From: Mobula hypostoma
Taxonomy: Eukaryota
Assembly: GCF_963921235.1 (NCBI RefSeq)
Contig: NC_086108.1
Coordinates: 103,728,001-103,792,000 of the forward strand
DNA: 64,000 bases
Reading direction: 5' to 3'
Positions 1 through 11,699 of the stretch are shown here, in pieces; positions within the stretch are counted from its first letter, which is position 1, and each line of letters begins with the position of its first letter. A program made the position numbers and the translations under genes. The notes under the pieces were generated by a model. The model ran no database searches, was not told the DNA's origin, and saw nothing but the letters and a program-made list of their open reading frames with translations.

Positions 1-118
1 AATTAAATACCTTATTGCATTTCACAGGATCCTTTCACATTAAAACTAAGTAAATTAGAAATATGGTCCATTTCAAATATTGCTTAAAGGAGATATCTGA
101 ATAAAAACTGCTGGAATA

Positions 119-3100
119 CAGGTGTCCCCCGCTTTTCAAACGTTCATTTTACGAAACCTCACTGTTACGAAAGACCTACATTAGTACCCTGTTTTCGCTT
201 TCAGAAGGTGTTTTCACTGTTACGAGAAAAAAGCAGTGCACGATAAAAAATTCAGCGCGCGAAAAAATCAGCACGTGCCCCGAGCAGCCACTCTCCCCCG
301 GATTCGGAACTGCATTCTCACCAGCATTGCTTAAACACGTGGCTGTGAGTAGCAGTTTGCAAGATGAGTTCTAAGGTATCGGAAAAGCCTAAAAGAGCAC
401 GTAAGGCTGTTGCACTTAGCGTAAAACTAGACATAATTAAGAGCTTAGATCGTGGTGAACGAAGCAAGGACAAAGTGAGTTTGGCTTGTGGAAGCTGACG
501 AACATGATGTTGAAGAGGTTTTGGCATCCCATGACCAAGAACTGATAGATGAAGAGCTGATGCATTTGGAAGAGGAAAGGATAACAATCAAAACCGAATG
601 CAGTAGCGAACTGAACGTGAAGCAACTGCATGAGATTTTCGCTGCAATGATAAAGTACGACTTTAATTTTGAAAGGGTACGTGGGTTTAGGGGATATTTG
701 CAAGATGGTTTGAGTCCTTACAAAGAACTGTATGATAGAAAAATGCGCGAGGCTAAGCAGTCAAACATACTGTCGTTTTTCAAGCCTTCCACATCAGCCA
801 CAGCAGACGACGAACTTCGACCTTTGACATCGAGGCGGGCAGTCATAGGAGAAGTTGAGCGGCCTGCCCTAATGGAAACAGATGACAAGATGACACCCCA
901 GTTGAACTCAGCAGGTCGGGCAGCATCAGTTAGAAACGATGAGTCGACGTTTTGGGCTGGAACCCTTCATCAGGACTGAAGAATGAAAGATGGAGAAGGA
1001 TTTGAAGAATGCTTGTATCTTCAGTTGAAAGACCAGTAATTTGAAAGACAAAGGGGTGGGGGAGGGGAAGCATTGACGTCATAGCCCTTGAAAACAATGG
1101 GTAGTAGAAGGAGGAGGCGGAACCATGAGGGAGCTGGGGGAGGGGGTAGAGTGAAATAGGGATAGAGGAAGGGAGGGGGAGGGAATTACCGGAAGTTGGA
1201 GAATTCTATGTTCATACCAAGGGGCTGGAGACTACCTAGACGGTACATGAGGTGTTGCTCCTCCAACCTGAGATTAGCCTCATCATGGCAGTAGAGGAGG
1301 CCATGTATGGACATATCTGAATGGGAATGGGAAGCAGAGTTGAAGTGGATGGCTACCGGGAGATCCTGTCTGTTGTGGCGGATGGAGTGGAGGTGCTTGA
1401 TGAAGCGGTCCCGACTATAAAAAGCCCACTGACTCTCATAACTACCTCGACTATATCTCTTCCTACCCAGCCACATGCACTGAGCTCGTCAATTTCATCG
1501 ACTTTACTTCAAACTTCCACCCAGCCCTCAAATTCACTTCCTCTATCTCGGACACTTCTCTCCCCTTTCTCAATGTCTCAGTCTCCATCTCTGGAGACAG
1601 ACTGTCCACTGACATCTTCTACAAGCCCACTGACTCTCAAAACTACCTCGACTATACCTCTTCCCACCCCGCCACATGCAAAATGCCATTCCCTATTCCC
1701 AGTTCCTCGGTCTTCGCCGCATCTGCTCCGAGGATGAGGCTTTCCGTTCCAGAACATCTCAAATGTCCTCTTTCTTTAAGGATCGTGGTTTCCCTTCTAC
1801 CGTCATCAATGATGCCCTCACCCGCATCTCCTCCATTTCCCGCACTTCGGCCCTCACCCCATCCTCCCGCAACTACAACAGGGACAGAGTTCCCATTGTC
1901 CTTACCTACCACCCCACCAGCCTCCGGATCCAGCACATTATCCTCCGCAACTTCCGCCACCTTCAACAGGACCCCAGCACTAAGCACATCTTTCCCTCTC
2001 CACCCCTCTCCGCTTTCCGCAGGGATCGGTCCCTCCACAACTCCCTTATCCGCACATCCATCCCTACTGATCTTCCATCTGGCACTTATCCCTGTAAGCG
2101 TAAGTACTACACCTGTCCCTACACCTCATCTCTTGCAACCATTCAGGGCCCCAAACAGTCCTTCCGGGTGAGACAACACTTCACCTTGTGAGTCTCTTGG
2201 GGTCATCTATTGCATCTGGTGCTCCCAGTGCGGCCTCCTCTACATCGGTGAAACCCGACGCAGATTGGGGGACCACTTTGTCGAGCACCTCCACTCCGTC
2301 CACCACAACAGACAGGATCTCCCGGTAGCCACCCACTTCAACTCTGCTTCCCATTCCCATTCAGATGTGTCCATACATGGCCTCCTCTACTGCCATGATG
2401 AGGCTAAACTCAGGTTGGAGGAGCAACACCTCATATATCGTCTAGGTAGTCTCCAGCCCCTTGGTATGAACATAGAATTCTCCAACTTCTGGTAATTCCC
2501 TCCCCCTCCCTTCCCCTATCCCTATTTCACTCTACCCCCTCCCCCAGCTCCCTCATGGTTCCGCCTCCTTCTTCTACCACCCATTGTTTTCAGGGCTATG
2601 ATGTCAATGCTTCCCCTCCCCCACCCCTTTGTCTTTCAAATTACTGGTCTTTCAACTGAAGCTACAAGCATTCTTCAAATCTTTCCCCATCTTTCATTCT
2701 TCAGTCCTGACGAAGGGTTCCGGCCTGAGACGTCGACTCACGGTTTCTGACTGATGCTGCCCAACCTGCTCATCCAGCGTACTGAAAGTGTTGCTTTGAT
2801 CACAGAATCTGCAGATTATTTTGTGATTGAGATGACACCCCAGTGTCTCGACACCCCAACACCCAGGCTGCGGACAGATACTGTACTGATTCGAGGAGAA
2901 TGCAGCAGTAGCCGGGAGGCACACAGCACATCTTTAAGAAAAAAGCTGAAATAAACACGCTAATTAATTAGGTGCCGCCCGACACGTAAGTGTCTGCCCA
3001 GATCAGAGACGACGCAATTGGAAATCGGCACTGATCTGGGCCGACAGTTACGTGCCAGGCGGCACCTAATTAATTAGCATGTTTATTTCAGCTTTTTTTT

Positions 3101-3717
3101 ATTAAAGATGTGCTTTGTGCCTCCCGGCTACCGCTGGACCCCTGCGTGCTTCGCGGCAATGTATCACTTGGCCTGGAGGGTGGGGGCCACTGCACCACCC
3201 AATCTGCAACGACTCAGTCTAACACACCATCATCAGTGTGCTCTGCGCTGTCCCGATTCTGGTAAGTGATACTACACTGTACATACATTATTTCTACTTT
3301 ATATTGGCTGCGTACTTTTACATGTTATTTGGTATGATTTGGTAGCTTCATAGCTTAAAGGTTACTGGAGAGCACTTGCGCTTTGTTTTTGCTGACGGCG
3401 CTTGCGTGAGATTTTCTGCCGATGGCGCTTCCGTGAGATTTTCGCTACGGAGAACAGTGCAGTAATGATCCTGGAAAAGTATTTCTACTTTATATAGGCT
3501 GTGTATTTATCATATCATTCCTGCTTTTACTATATGTTACTGTTATTTTAGGTTTTATGTGTTATTTGGCATGATTTGGTAGGTTATTTTTGGGTCTGCG
3601 AACGCTCACGAAATTTTCCCATATAAATATATGGTAATTGCTTCTTCGCTTTACAACATTTCGGCTTACGAACCGTTTCATAGGAACGCTGTACCTTCGG
3701 ATGGCGGGTGAAACTTG
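119..3717 (+). mobile_element. Internally deleted Tigger/pogo DNA transposon, interrupted by a Penelope-like insertion
   Basis: Imperfect TIRs with TA TSDs: TA|CAGGTGTCCCCCGC... and ...GCGGGTGAAACTTG|TA. ATG at 364 gives a CENP-B/psq-like N-terminus (MSSKVSEKPKRARKAVALSVKLDIIKSLDRGERS) joined to a Tigger-type C-terminus (DVEEVLASHDQEL...KQSNILSFFKP, ORF 488-979). The DDE core is absent. Confidence 0.8.
903..2829 (+). mobile_element. Penelope-like retroelement (5'-truncated RT plus GIY-YIG endonuclease) with an inverted terminal copy
   Basis: RT C-terminal motifs (DIFYKPTDSQNYLDY, NAIPYSQFL, PIVLTYHP) and GIY-YIG motif VIYCIWCSQCGLLYIGET at about 2202-2255. Segment 903-1412 is an inverted copy of about 2270-2770. 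15-bp TSD AGATGACACCCCAGT at 888-902 and 2830-2844. Confidence 0.9.
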
Positions 3718-3723
3718 TATATA

Positions 3724-5160
3724 TTAAATCCAAACAGTGAGCTTTAAGAAAAAGTAACCAAGCAACAAATGAAGCTAAGAGAACCAAACAGCTGATAGAA
3801 AAAAAAACCTCCCCCCAACCCCCGCCCAAAGAGAAAAAATCAACCAAAGGGCAGTCGACAACTAAACCAATCATCCCTCCGAAAACAATCTACTGGCTGA
3901 GCTCCAAAAAAAAAATTTCAAGGCAAAACTGTTTCCAACAAGACATAACAAAAAGAAGAGCAAAATTAAATGTATTAAACAAAACCTCAAAGAGTTATAG
4001 TATAAAAATATTAGAAAGAAATTTGGAAGTTCAAAACATATTAACTTAGAAAGTATTAACACAAAGAAAACTTACTAATATTAAATCCTTAATTTTCCAA
4101 AGAAGGAGATAAAAGTGCAAAAAAAATTAGATACAAAGGTATACTAAGAGTAAATAAAACAATTGTTCATAAAAGAAAGTATCGAGTAGTTAAACTGCTG
4201 ATTGTAAAAAAGGACCCATCAGGCAGATGCAACATGAATTTGTGTAAAGAGTTATTGAACAGTTAAACTTCTGAAATTGATTCGGCACTCAAGAAATCCT
4301 GCACTTCTTCGGTGGAACGTAACCATCTGTGAGAGCCATTTTTCAAAATGATTCTAAGACGAGCCGGGTATCGAAGAGAGGGTTTAAAACCTTTATTATA
4401 CAGCTCAGACATGACTTTTTAAAATCTGCAACGCTCATTGAACACCTCGGGTGAAAAATCTTCCACAATTCTGAACTTATGTTCTTCATAATCAATCATA
4501 CCTTTCCGATGAGATTCACGAATTAAAAGTGCCTTTGTTTGAAAATGGTGAAGACAAATTATCACTGAACAAGGGCATCCTCCCGGTGGAGGTCTTGGTA
4601 AAGGCGACCTGTGAGCTCGGTCTATCTTAGGTGGAGATTTTAAAATATTCGGAAATAATTTAGCCAAAAGGTTTGCAAAAAATTCCGAAGGCTGATTACC
4701 TTCCAATGACTCTTGAAAACCCAGAATACATAGATTATTTCTTCTGTTTCTATTTTCTAAGTTGATAATCTTCTGTCTTAATGTTTCATTAACCTTTAAC
4801 TGTTTATCACAGATCTGTTCCAGGTTGTCAATCTTCGCGTCGAACATCGTCAGAGTGTCTTCGTTCTCTTTTATCCGTTTATCGTGTTCAATTAAAGTTT
4901 TTTTGAATAGAATCCAATTTTCCATTCATCTGTTTAAATTTAGCACTGTGTTGCTGTAACTCTTGCAAAAGTTCATTTTTATGCTTCCGAAGTGTCACCA
5001 TAATCGATTCCAAAGTTACAGGAGGGTCCTTTTTTTTAAATAACTTTAGCAGGACTCATCATAAAGCAATATTGCGTTTAAAAGTAAGTTTTCAAAACGA
5101 GTTGGAAGCAGTAAATTAGAAAGAATAGGAGCACCTATAAAAGCGCTGCTACTCCAGTAG
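3724..5160 (-). mobile_element. L1-clade LINE 5' fragment (ORF1p, frameshifted)
   Basis: ORF 4419-4925 has a coiled coil plus RRNNLCILG...KIDRAHRS...FRIVEDFS. It continues after a frameshift as VMSELYNKGFKPSLRYPARL. Boundaries approximate. Confidence 0.8.
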
Positions 5161-6132
5161 AGAAGTCCCAATCCAGAATGTTTCAGTGAAGACTCCAGCA
5201 AATGTCTACAGGTGTACCGTGCAGAGCATTCTGGTGTGGGAGATGGGGGGCTAAGAGGCTGCAGAGGACTCAGCCAGCTCCATCACGGGTACCCCCCCCC
5301 CCATCATTGAGCTCATCTTCAAAAGTTGGTGCCTCAAGAAGATGGCACATCTTCACCATCAAGCACCTCCCCTCTCTCATTACGACCATCAAGGAGGAGG
5401 TTACAAGAGCCTGAAGACCCACACTCAAGCAGTTTAGGCACAGCTTCTTCCTATCCACCATCAGATTTCTGAACAATCAATGAACCCATGAACGCTACCT
5501 CACTATTTTCACTCTGCTAATTTAATTTTTATATATGTATTTATGTTGGCTGCACTTGGAAGTGCTTCACTGGCTTGTGAAGTATAAAGCCCATGAGGGT
5601 CGCTATATAAATACACCTCTGTTCCTTATTGCAACGCAGAATCAGAAGCAAGTTTATTACACTAAGCTTTAGTGCTTTGTGACAGCAGAACAGTGCCAGA
5701 TAAGTTTACTGTAAGTTAGAATAATTTTTAAAAAATGCAAAAGAAGAATAGTCAGATAGCGTTCATGGGTTTATTGTCCATTGAGAAATCTGATGGCAGA
5801 GTGGAAGAAGCTGTTCCTAAATATTTTGTGTTGGTCTTCAGGGTCCTGTACTTCCTCCTTGGTGGTAGTAATGAGAAGAGGGTATGTGAGAGTGCTTAAT
5901 GATGGTTGCTGCTTTCTTGAGACATTGCCTTTTGAAGATGTCCTCGATGGTGGGGAGGCTGGTGCCTACGATGGAGCTGGCTGAGTTTACAGCCCTCTGC
6001 TGCTTTTTTTTTTGATCCCATGCATTGGTGCCTCCATACCAGATGGTGATGCAACCACTGAAAGTGATTGGAAAGGCAGCGATTAACTAAGCGAGATGTG
6101 GATTTTCAACACGTTGTGCTTTGTCCTTATAG

Positions 6133-6263
6133 ACTCTAGTTGTGCCAGTAGTCGCCAGAACCTGAGCCTCTCCTTGCAGTCGAAGGGATCGCACTCGTAC
6201 AGCACGTACGCGTCTGCAGGGCTGCTCAGCAGGTACTCTGGCTCAGTGCAGAGCCTAGCCTCG
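6133..6263 (+). CDS. MIGA1: Mitoguardin-1 internal coding exon (1st in window)
   Basis: ttgtccttatAG| acceptor and TCG|GTGAGT donor. Encodes (D)SSCASSRQNLSLSLQSKGSHSYSTYASAGLLSRYSGSVQSLAS, resembling recalled vertebrate MIGA1 'SSRQNLTLSL...GLFSKYSGSAQSLAS'. 131 nt, phase 1 to 0. Confidence 0.88.
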
Positions 6264-6994
6264 GTGAGTCTTCAGATGTTCACCTTCATATCAGTTTAAC
6301 TTTTTTGTTATATTTTTATATTGTATTTTAGTTATGTGTTTTAAATTAAGATTTTTCCTTCTTGGATGACTTGGTCAAAAATAATTCAGCTAAGTAAGTC
6401 GTAGAGTAGAAATAACTCATAGAGAGAGCACTACAGCACAGAAACGTGCCCTTTGGCCCATCTAGTCCATGCTTACTAGTTCCATCTACCTGCACCCGGA
6501 CCATAGCCCTCCATACCCCACCCACCAGGTACTTATCCAAACTTCTCTTCAATGTTGTGATCAAATCGACATCCACCAGTTCCTCCTGCAGCTTGTTCTG
6601 CAGGTTCCCCTTGAATATTTCACCTTTCACCCTAAACCTGTGACCTTTAGTTCAAGTCTTACCCGACCTGAGGGGAAAAAGTGTACAAGCACTTCTATAC
6701 CCTCATAATTCTGTATACCTCTATAACATCACCCCTCATTTTCCTGCGCTCCAGGGAATAAAGTCGTAACTGTAATTTTCCTGTCATTCAGATCCTCAAG
6801 CCTCGACAGCATACATATAAATTTTCTGTGCATTCTTTCAAGCTCAGAAATATCTTTCCCTTAGGTAGGTGACCAGACTGTTGGCCTTCATAAATCAGGG
6901 TACTGAGTATTGGAGCTGGGATGTTATGTTGAAGTTGTATAAGATGTTGGTGAGATTGGTAGAGCATTCCACACACCCACCAGTCAATGGTATA

Positions 6995-8110
6995 AAGACT
7001 TCAAGCCATAGGAGCAGAATTAGGCTATTGGGACCATAGAGACTGTTCTGCCATTTCATCATGGCTGATCCATTTTCCCTCTCAACCTCAATCTCCTGCC
7101 TTCTCCCCGTAACCTTTCACTTCTGACTAATCAAGAATCTATCGACCTCTGCTTGAAATACACCCATGGGTGTGGCAACGAATTCCACAGATTCACCATT
7201 CTTTGGCTGAAGGAATTCCTCCTCACCGCCCTTCTAAAAGGTTGCCCCCACCCCCCATTCTGAGCCTGCGCCCTCTGGTCCTAGACTCACCTACTACAGG
7301 AAACATCCTCTCCACATCCACTCTGTTAAGGCCTTTCAACATTCGTTACGTTTCAATGAGATCCACCCTCATTCTTCTAAACTCCAGCGAGTACAGGGCC
7401 AGAGCCATCAAATACACCTCATACAATAATCCATTCATACCCAGAATCATTCTTGCGAACCTCCTGTGAACCATCTCCAATGTTAGCATATCCTTTCTTA
7501 GATAATAGGCCCAAAACTCCTCACAAGACTCCAAGTGAGGCCTCACCAGTGTGTTATAAAGCCTCAACATTACACCCTTTCTTTTATATTTGAGTTCCCT
7601 TGAGATAAATGCTAACATTGCATTTGCCTTCCTCAGCACCCACTCGATCAACAAGTTAACATTTAGGGAATCCTGCATGAGGACTCCCAAGTCCTTTGTA
7701 CCTCAGATTTTTGGATTTTCTCCCCAGTTAGAAAGTAGTCTATGCCTTTATTCCTTCTACAAAGTACATGATTGTACTTTTCCCAACACTATTCCATCTG
7801 CCACTTCTTTGTCCATTCTCCTAATCTAAGTCCTTCTGCAGCCTCCCTGCCTTCTCAACACTACCTACCCCTCCACCTACCTTTGTATCATCTGCAAGCT
7901 TGGCCACAAAGCCATCAATTCTGTCATCTAAACCACTGACATATAACATGAAAAGAAATGGTCCCAACACAGACCCCTGTGGAATACCACTAGTCACCGG
8001 CAGTCAATCAGAAAAGGCTCCCTTTATTCCCGCTCTTTGCCTCCTGCCAATCAGCCAATCCTTTATCCATGCTATTATCTTTCCTGTAATACTATGGGCT
8101 CTTATCTTAA
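6995..8110 (-). mobile_element. CR1 LINE 3' fragment (RT C-terminus and tail)
   Basis: LYNTLVRPHLE...WAYYLRKD...RRMRVDLIET (7346-7690) and typical CR1 3' UTR. More CR1 tail pieces at about 6420-6970 and 8130-8510. Confidence 0.85.
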
Positions 8111-8539
8111 AACCTACCTCTGACATCAAGTCATTCAGCTCATCTAGTCCATGCTAAAATGTTATACTGTCTAGTCCCATTGTCCGGCACCTGGACCATA
8201 GCCCTTCATCCCCCTCCCATCCACGTATTTAGCCAAACTTCTAAATGTTGCAATCAAATTCACCTCCTCCACTTTCACTGGCAGCTCATTCCACCCTTAA
8301 TCCATGTCCTCTAGTTCTAGTCTCACCCAGCCTGAGTGGAAAAAGCCTGCTTGTATTTACCCTATCTATATCCCTCATAATCTTGTATACTTCTATCAAA
8401 TCTCTCGTTATTCTCCTATGCTCCTTGGAATAAAGTCCTAACCTATTCAACTTTCCCTGTAACTCAGATCCTCAAGTCCCGGCAACTTCCTCGTAAGTTT
8501 TCTCTTGAGATTGGCGAGCCAGCCTGTTTGGTCCCACAA

Positions 8540-9065
8540 ACAGTGGGTTGAGTGACCTGTGTTCGATCCCTGACCTTGGGCAGTGTCTGGAGTTTGCACA
8601 TTCCCCTTGTGACCGTGTGGGTCTCCTCTGGGTGTTTTGGGTTTTGGGTCCCAAAAGCAGTCAATAGGTTAATTCCCCTTTAAATTGCCCCGAGTGTCTA
8701 GGTGAGTGATGGAACCTGTGGAGGGTATCCTGAGAGAGTGAAATGGGTTAGGACAGGACTAGCATTTAAAAAAAGAAGATGCATGAAGTTGGCGCTGGTG
8801 GGGCAGCACAATTGTGTAGCGGTTAGCACCTGCTCTAAAATTGATCAGAGTCCGATACCTGCTGCTGTCTGTAAGGAGTTTGTATGTTCTCCCACTGACC
8901 ACGTGGGTTACCTCCCAAATTTCTGAGATGTACGGTTAGGGTTAGTAAGCTGTGGGTATGGCGACATTTGTGAGCTGCCCCCGGCATGTCCTTGGGTGCA
9001 TCGGCCATTGACCTGAATGTATTTCACTGTTTATTTCAATGTGCATGTGACAAATAAAGCTGATC
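8540..9065 (+). mobile_element. Two tandem V-domain tRNA-derived SINEs (HE1/V-SINE-like)
   Basis: Conserved core GGAGTTTG(C/T)A(C/T)(G/A)TTC(T/C)CC...GTGGGT. Related copies at about 9780-9940, 10620-10810(-), 19225-19500, 30100-30310(-), 30340-30585, 31270-31440(-), 35870-36180, 42750-43000, 51670-51840, 59750-59930(-), 63320-63570. Confidence 0.7.
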
Positions 9066-9175
9066 TTTGGATGAAGTGGAGCAAGAGTCTATGATCACAC
9101 TCTGTTGGTGTTAGTTGAGGGAAACGTAGTGTGTTCAGTGTTTGGAGGATTACACGAGCTTCTCCTTTTACCCAG

Positions 9176-9305
9176 GCCCAGAGTGTGAACTCTTCCCAGA
9201 GCTGTCTATGCGCTGGTTCGAACCTGTGGGACAAGGTTGCTGAAGACAATGAAATCAATCTGGTCAATGTGCCAGTGACCACTCCTGAAAACCTTTACCT
9301 GATGG
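9176..9305 (+). CDS. MIGA1: Mitoguardin-1 coding exon (2nd in window)
   Basis: ttttacccAG| acceptor and ATGG|GTGAG donor. Encodes AQSVNSSQSCLCAGSNLWDKVAEDNEINLVNVPVTTPENLYLM(G), including the mitoguardin 'TTPENLYLMG' motif. 130 nt, phase 0 to 1. Confidence 0.93.
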
Positions 9306-9434
9306 GTGAGTACTGCGAACGTGGAGGCCTGTAACCTGTCCGTGAAGGCAGAAGGAAGATGAAGAGATGGAAAGAAAGAACTTGCATTCCTAGTCACACC
9401 TTTGAGGACACAACCAATGATAGATTTCCAAAGC

Positions 9435-9436
<2 letters not shown>

Positions 9437-9468
<32 letters not shown>
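9437..9468. repeat. (CA)n microsatellite
   Basis: Pure CA run at the edge of a Penelope terminal-repeat fragment. Confidence 0.95.
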
Positions 9469-9470
<2 letters not shown>

Positions 9471-9944
9471 ATGCTGGAGGAGCTTAGCAGGTGGAGGGGA
9501 ATAAACACTCAACAATTTAGCCCGAGATCCTTCATCTGGACTGGGAAGGAAGGGGACAGAAACCAGAATAAAATATTGGGATGAAGGGAATGACTGCAGG
9601 TGCTAGGTGAGACCAAGTGAGGGGTAGGTGGATGGGAAAAGGGAATGAAGTGAGAAGCTTTGAGGTGATAGATGGTAAAGGGCTGAAGAAGAAAGAATCT
9701 GATAGTGGAGAGTGGATCATGGAAGAAACACCTTGTAGTGACAGGTGCTGTAGTTTGTCCTCTTTCTCACATAAATGAGCGGCAAGGTAGCGTAATGTAA
9801 CATGTTACAGTGCCAATGATTGAGGTTCAATTTCCGCCATTGTCTGTAAGGAATTTGTATGTTCTTCCCGCGAACGTGTGGGTTTCCTCCAGGTGCTGCG
9901 GTTTTCTCCCACAGGCCAAAGACGTACAGGTTAGTGGGTTCAGG

Positions 9945-10001
9945 CGAGGAAGTCTGCAGGTGCTGGAAACCCAGAGCAACACACAAACAGACAGACAGAC
10001 A

Positions 10002-10042
<41 letters not shown>

Positions 10043-10260
10043 CAGGCCAGGCAGCTTCTATGGAAAAGAGTAAGCAGTCGACATTTGGGGCTGAGACCCT
10101 TCATCAGGACTGGTGGGAAAAAAAAGTCAGAGTAAGAAGGTGGGGGGAGGAGAGGAAGGACAAGGTGGTGGGCGATGGGTGAGACCGGAAGTGATGAAGG
10201 GTCTCGGACCGAAACGTCACCTTTTCTGTAGATGCTGGCTGGCCTGCTGAGTTCCTCCTT
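9945..10260. mobile_element. Penelope terminal-repeat-derived fold-back element containing (CAGA)n(CA)n at about 9985-10041
   Basis: CAGCAGGCCAGGCAGC...GAGACCCTTCATCAGGAC on the left is inverted relative to GTGATGAAGGGTCTCGGACCGAAACGTC...GCTGGCCTGCTG on the right. Confidence 0.7.
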
Positions 10261-10890
10261 GTCGGTTAGTAGGTTATTTAATTACACGGGTGTTAATGGC
10301 CGGCTTGGGCTCATTGGCCCGGAAGTGCCTGTTACGGTGCTGTATCTCTGAATAAATAAAACCTGTCAACTTCCACTTTAATTGTACCCAGTCACTTGGC
10401 CTCCAGAGACGCTGGCAAAAGATTCCACAGATTCTCCCAAGCACATACGAGTTAGGATTATTAAGACGTGGACATGCTGTTTTGGTGCCAGAAGCATGGC
10501 GGCTATCCTCGCCTCTGTTGGTCATTGAAGCAAACAACACATTTCACTGTATGTTTCGACGTACGCGTGACATATAAAGTTTACCTTTGTCGGTTTCTTT
10601 ATTTCATTTAGCGTGGTAGCCTGTACCACCCAATTACACCCAGGTGATCAATTAACTCACTAATCATGTGTCTTTGGAATGTGGGAGGAACCCGGCACAC
10701 CCGGAGGAATTCCACACAGTCACGGGAATAACGTACAAATTCCTTACAGCCGGCAGTGGGAAATAAACCGGGGTGCTGGCGCTGTGAAGTGTTACGTTAA
10801 CCGCAACGTTACGGTCTTGGTGCTTTCATTTCACTTGGCGTGGTGTTGTGGCTGTGGCCGACGCAGCTCTGTCTGACTCTCCCGTTACAG

Positions 10891-11027
10891 GGATGGAGCT
10901 GTTTGAGGAGGCGCTGCAGCGGTGGGAGCAGGCCCTGAGCTTCCGCAGCCGGCAGGCGGAGGACGAGGTGAACTGCGCCTCGGTCAAACTGGGAGCAGGA
11001 GATGCAATCGCGGAGGAAACGGTGGAG
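10891..11027 (+). CDS. MIGA1: Mitoguardin-1 coding exon (3rd in window)
   Basis: cccgttacAG| acceptor and GAG|GTAAGT donor. Encodes (G)MELFEEALQRWEQALSFRSRQAEDEVNCASVKLGAGDAIAEETVE. 137 nt, phase 1 to 0. Confidence 0.95.
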
Positions 11028-11142
11028 GTAAGTTCCAGCATGGCAACGTGAAAAACTGGCACTGTGTATCAAGGGCACAGAGCAAGGTGCCCATCACAAT
11101 CCTGCCCTTTACGACCGAGGGATGTAAAAGCAAAGATGTAAT

Positions 11143-11570
11143 TGTTGTTGTTCAGTCGTGAAGTCGAGTCCGACTCTTCGTGACCTCAAGTACTCCTGCA
11201 CACCAAGTCTTCTTGTTGGAAACTGCCTCTCTAAGATCCCCCAAGGTCACACGCATTGTCTGAGTAATATCTATCCATCATAGTCTCTGTCATCCGCTCC
11301 TTCTTTTACCTTCTCTTTTACCTAACATGAGAGTCTTCTCCAAGGAATCCTGCCTTTTCATGATGTGTCCAAAATATTTGAGCTTTTGTCTCATAATCAA
11401 CCCTCCAAGTGAGCAGTCTGGCTGTATTTCTTCAAGTATTGACTTGTTGGATCTTCTTGCTGTCCAAAGAACTCTTAACACTTCCCTCCAGCATCCAAGT
11501 TCAAAGGCGTCGATTCTTTTGTATTTAGTCTTGCTGATAGTCAACTCTCACGGCCGTACATCACAACTGG
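11143..11570 (-). mobile_element. RTE-BovB-like LINE 3' fragment inserted in a CR1 fragment
   Basis: KRIDAFELGCWREVLRVLWTARRSNKSILEEIQPDCSL...LKYFGHIMKRQDSLEKTLMLGK. Tail GAAGAGTCGGACTCGACTTCACGACTGAACAACAAC. Degenerate 11-bp TSD AAAGATGTAAT/AAAGGTGTGAT at 11132-11142 and 11571-11581. Confidence 0.85.
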
Positions 11571-11699
11571 AAAGGTGTGATACTAGAGCTTTATAAGGCA
11601 TTGGTCAGACTGCAGTTGGAGTACTGTGAGCAGTTTTGGTTCCCAATAAGATGTGCTGGTATTGGAGAGTGTCCAGCAGAGGTGCTCTGCCTGCCCTTG

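Noticed and set aside
1676..2495. Standalone GIY-YIG nuclease plus RT as a novel defence or editing system
   Set aside because: This is standard Penelope-like element architecture, 5'-truncated and frameshifted.
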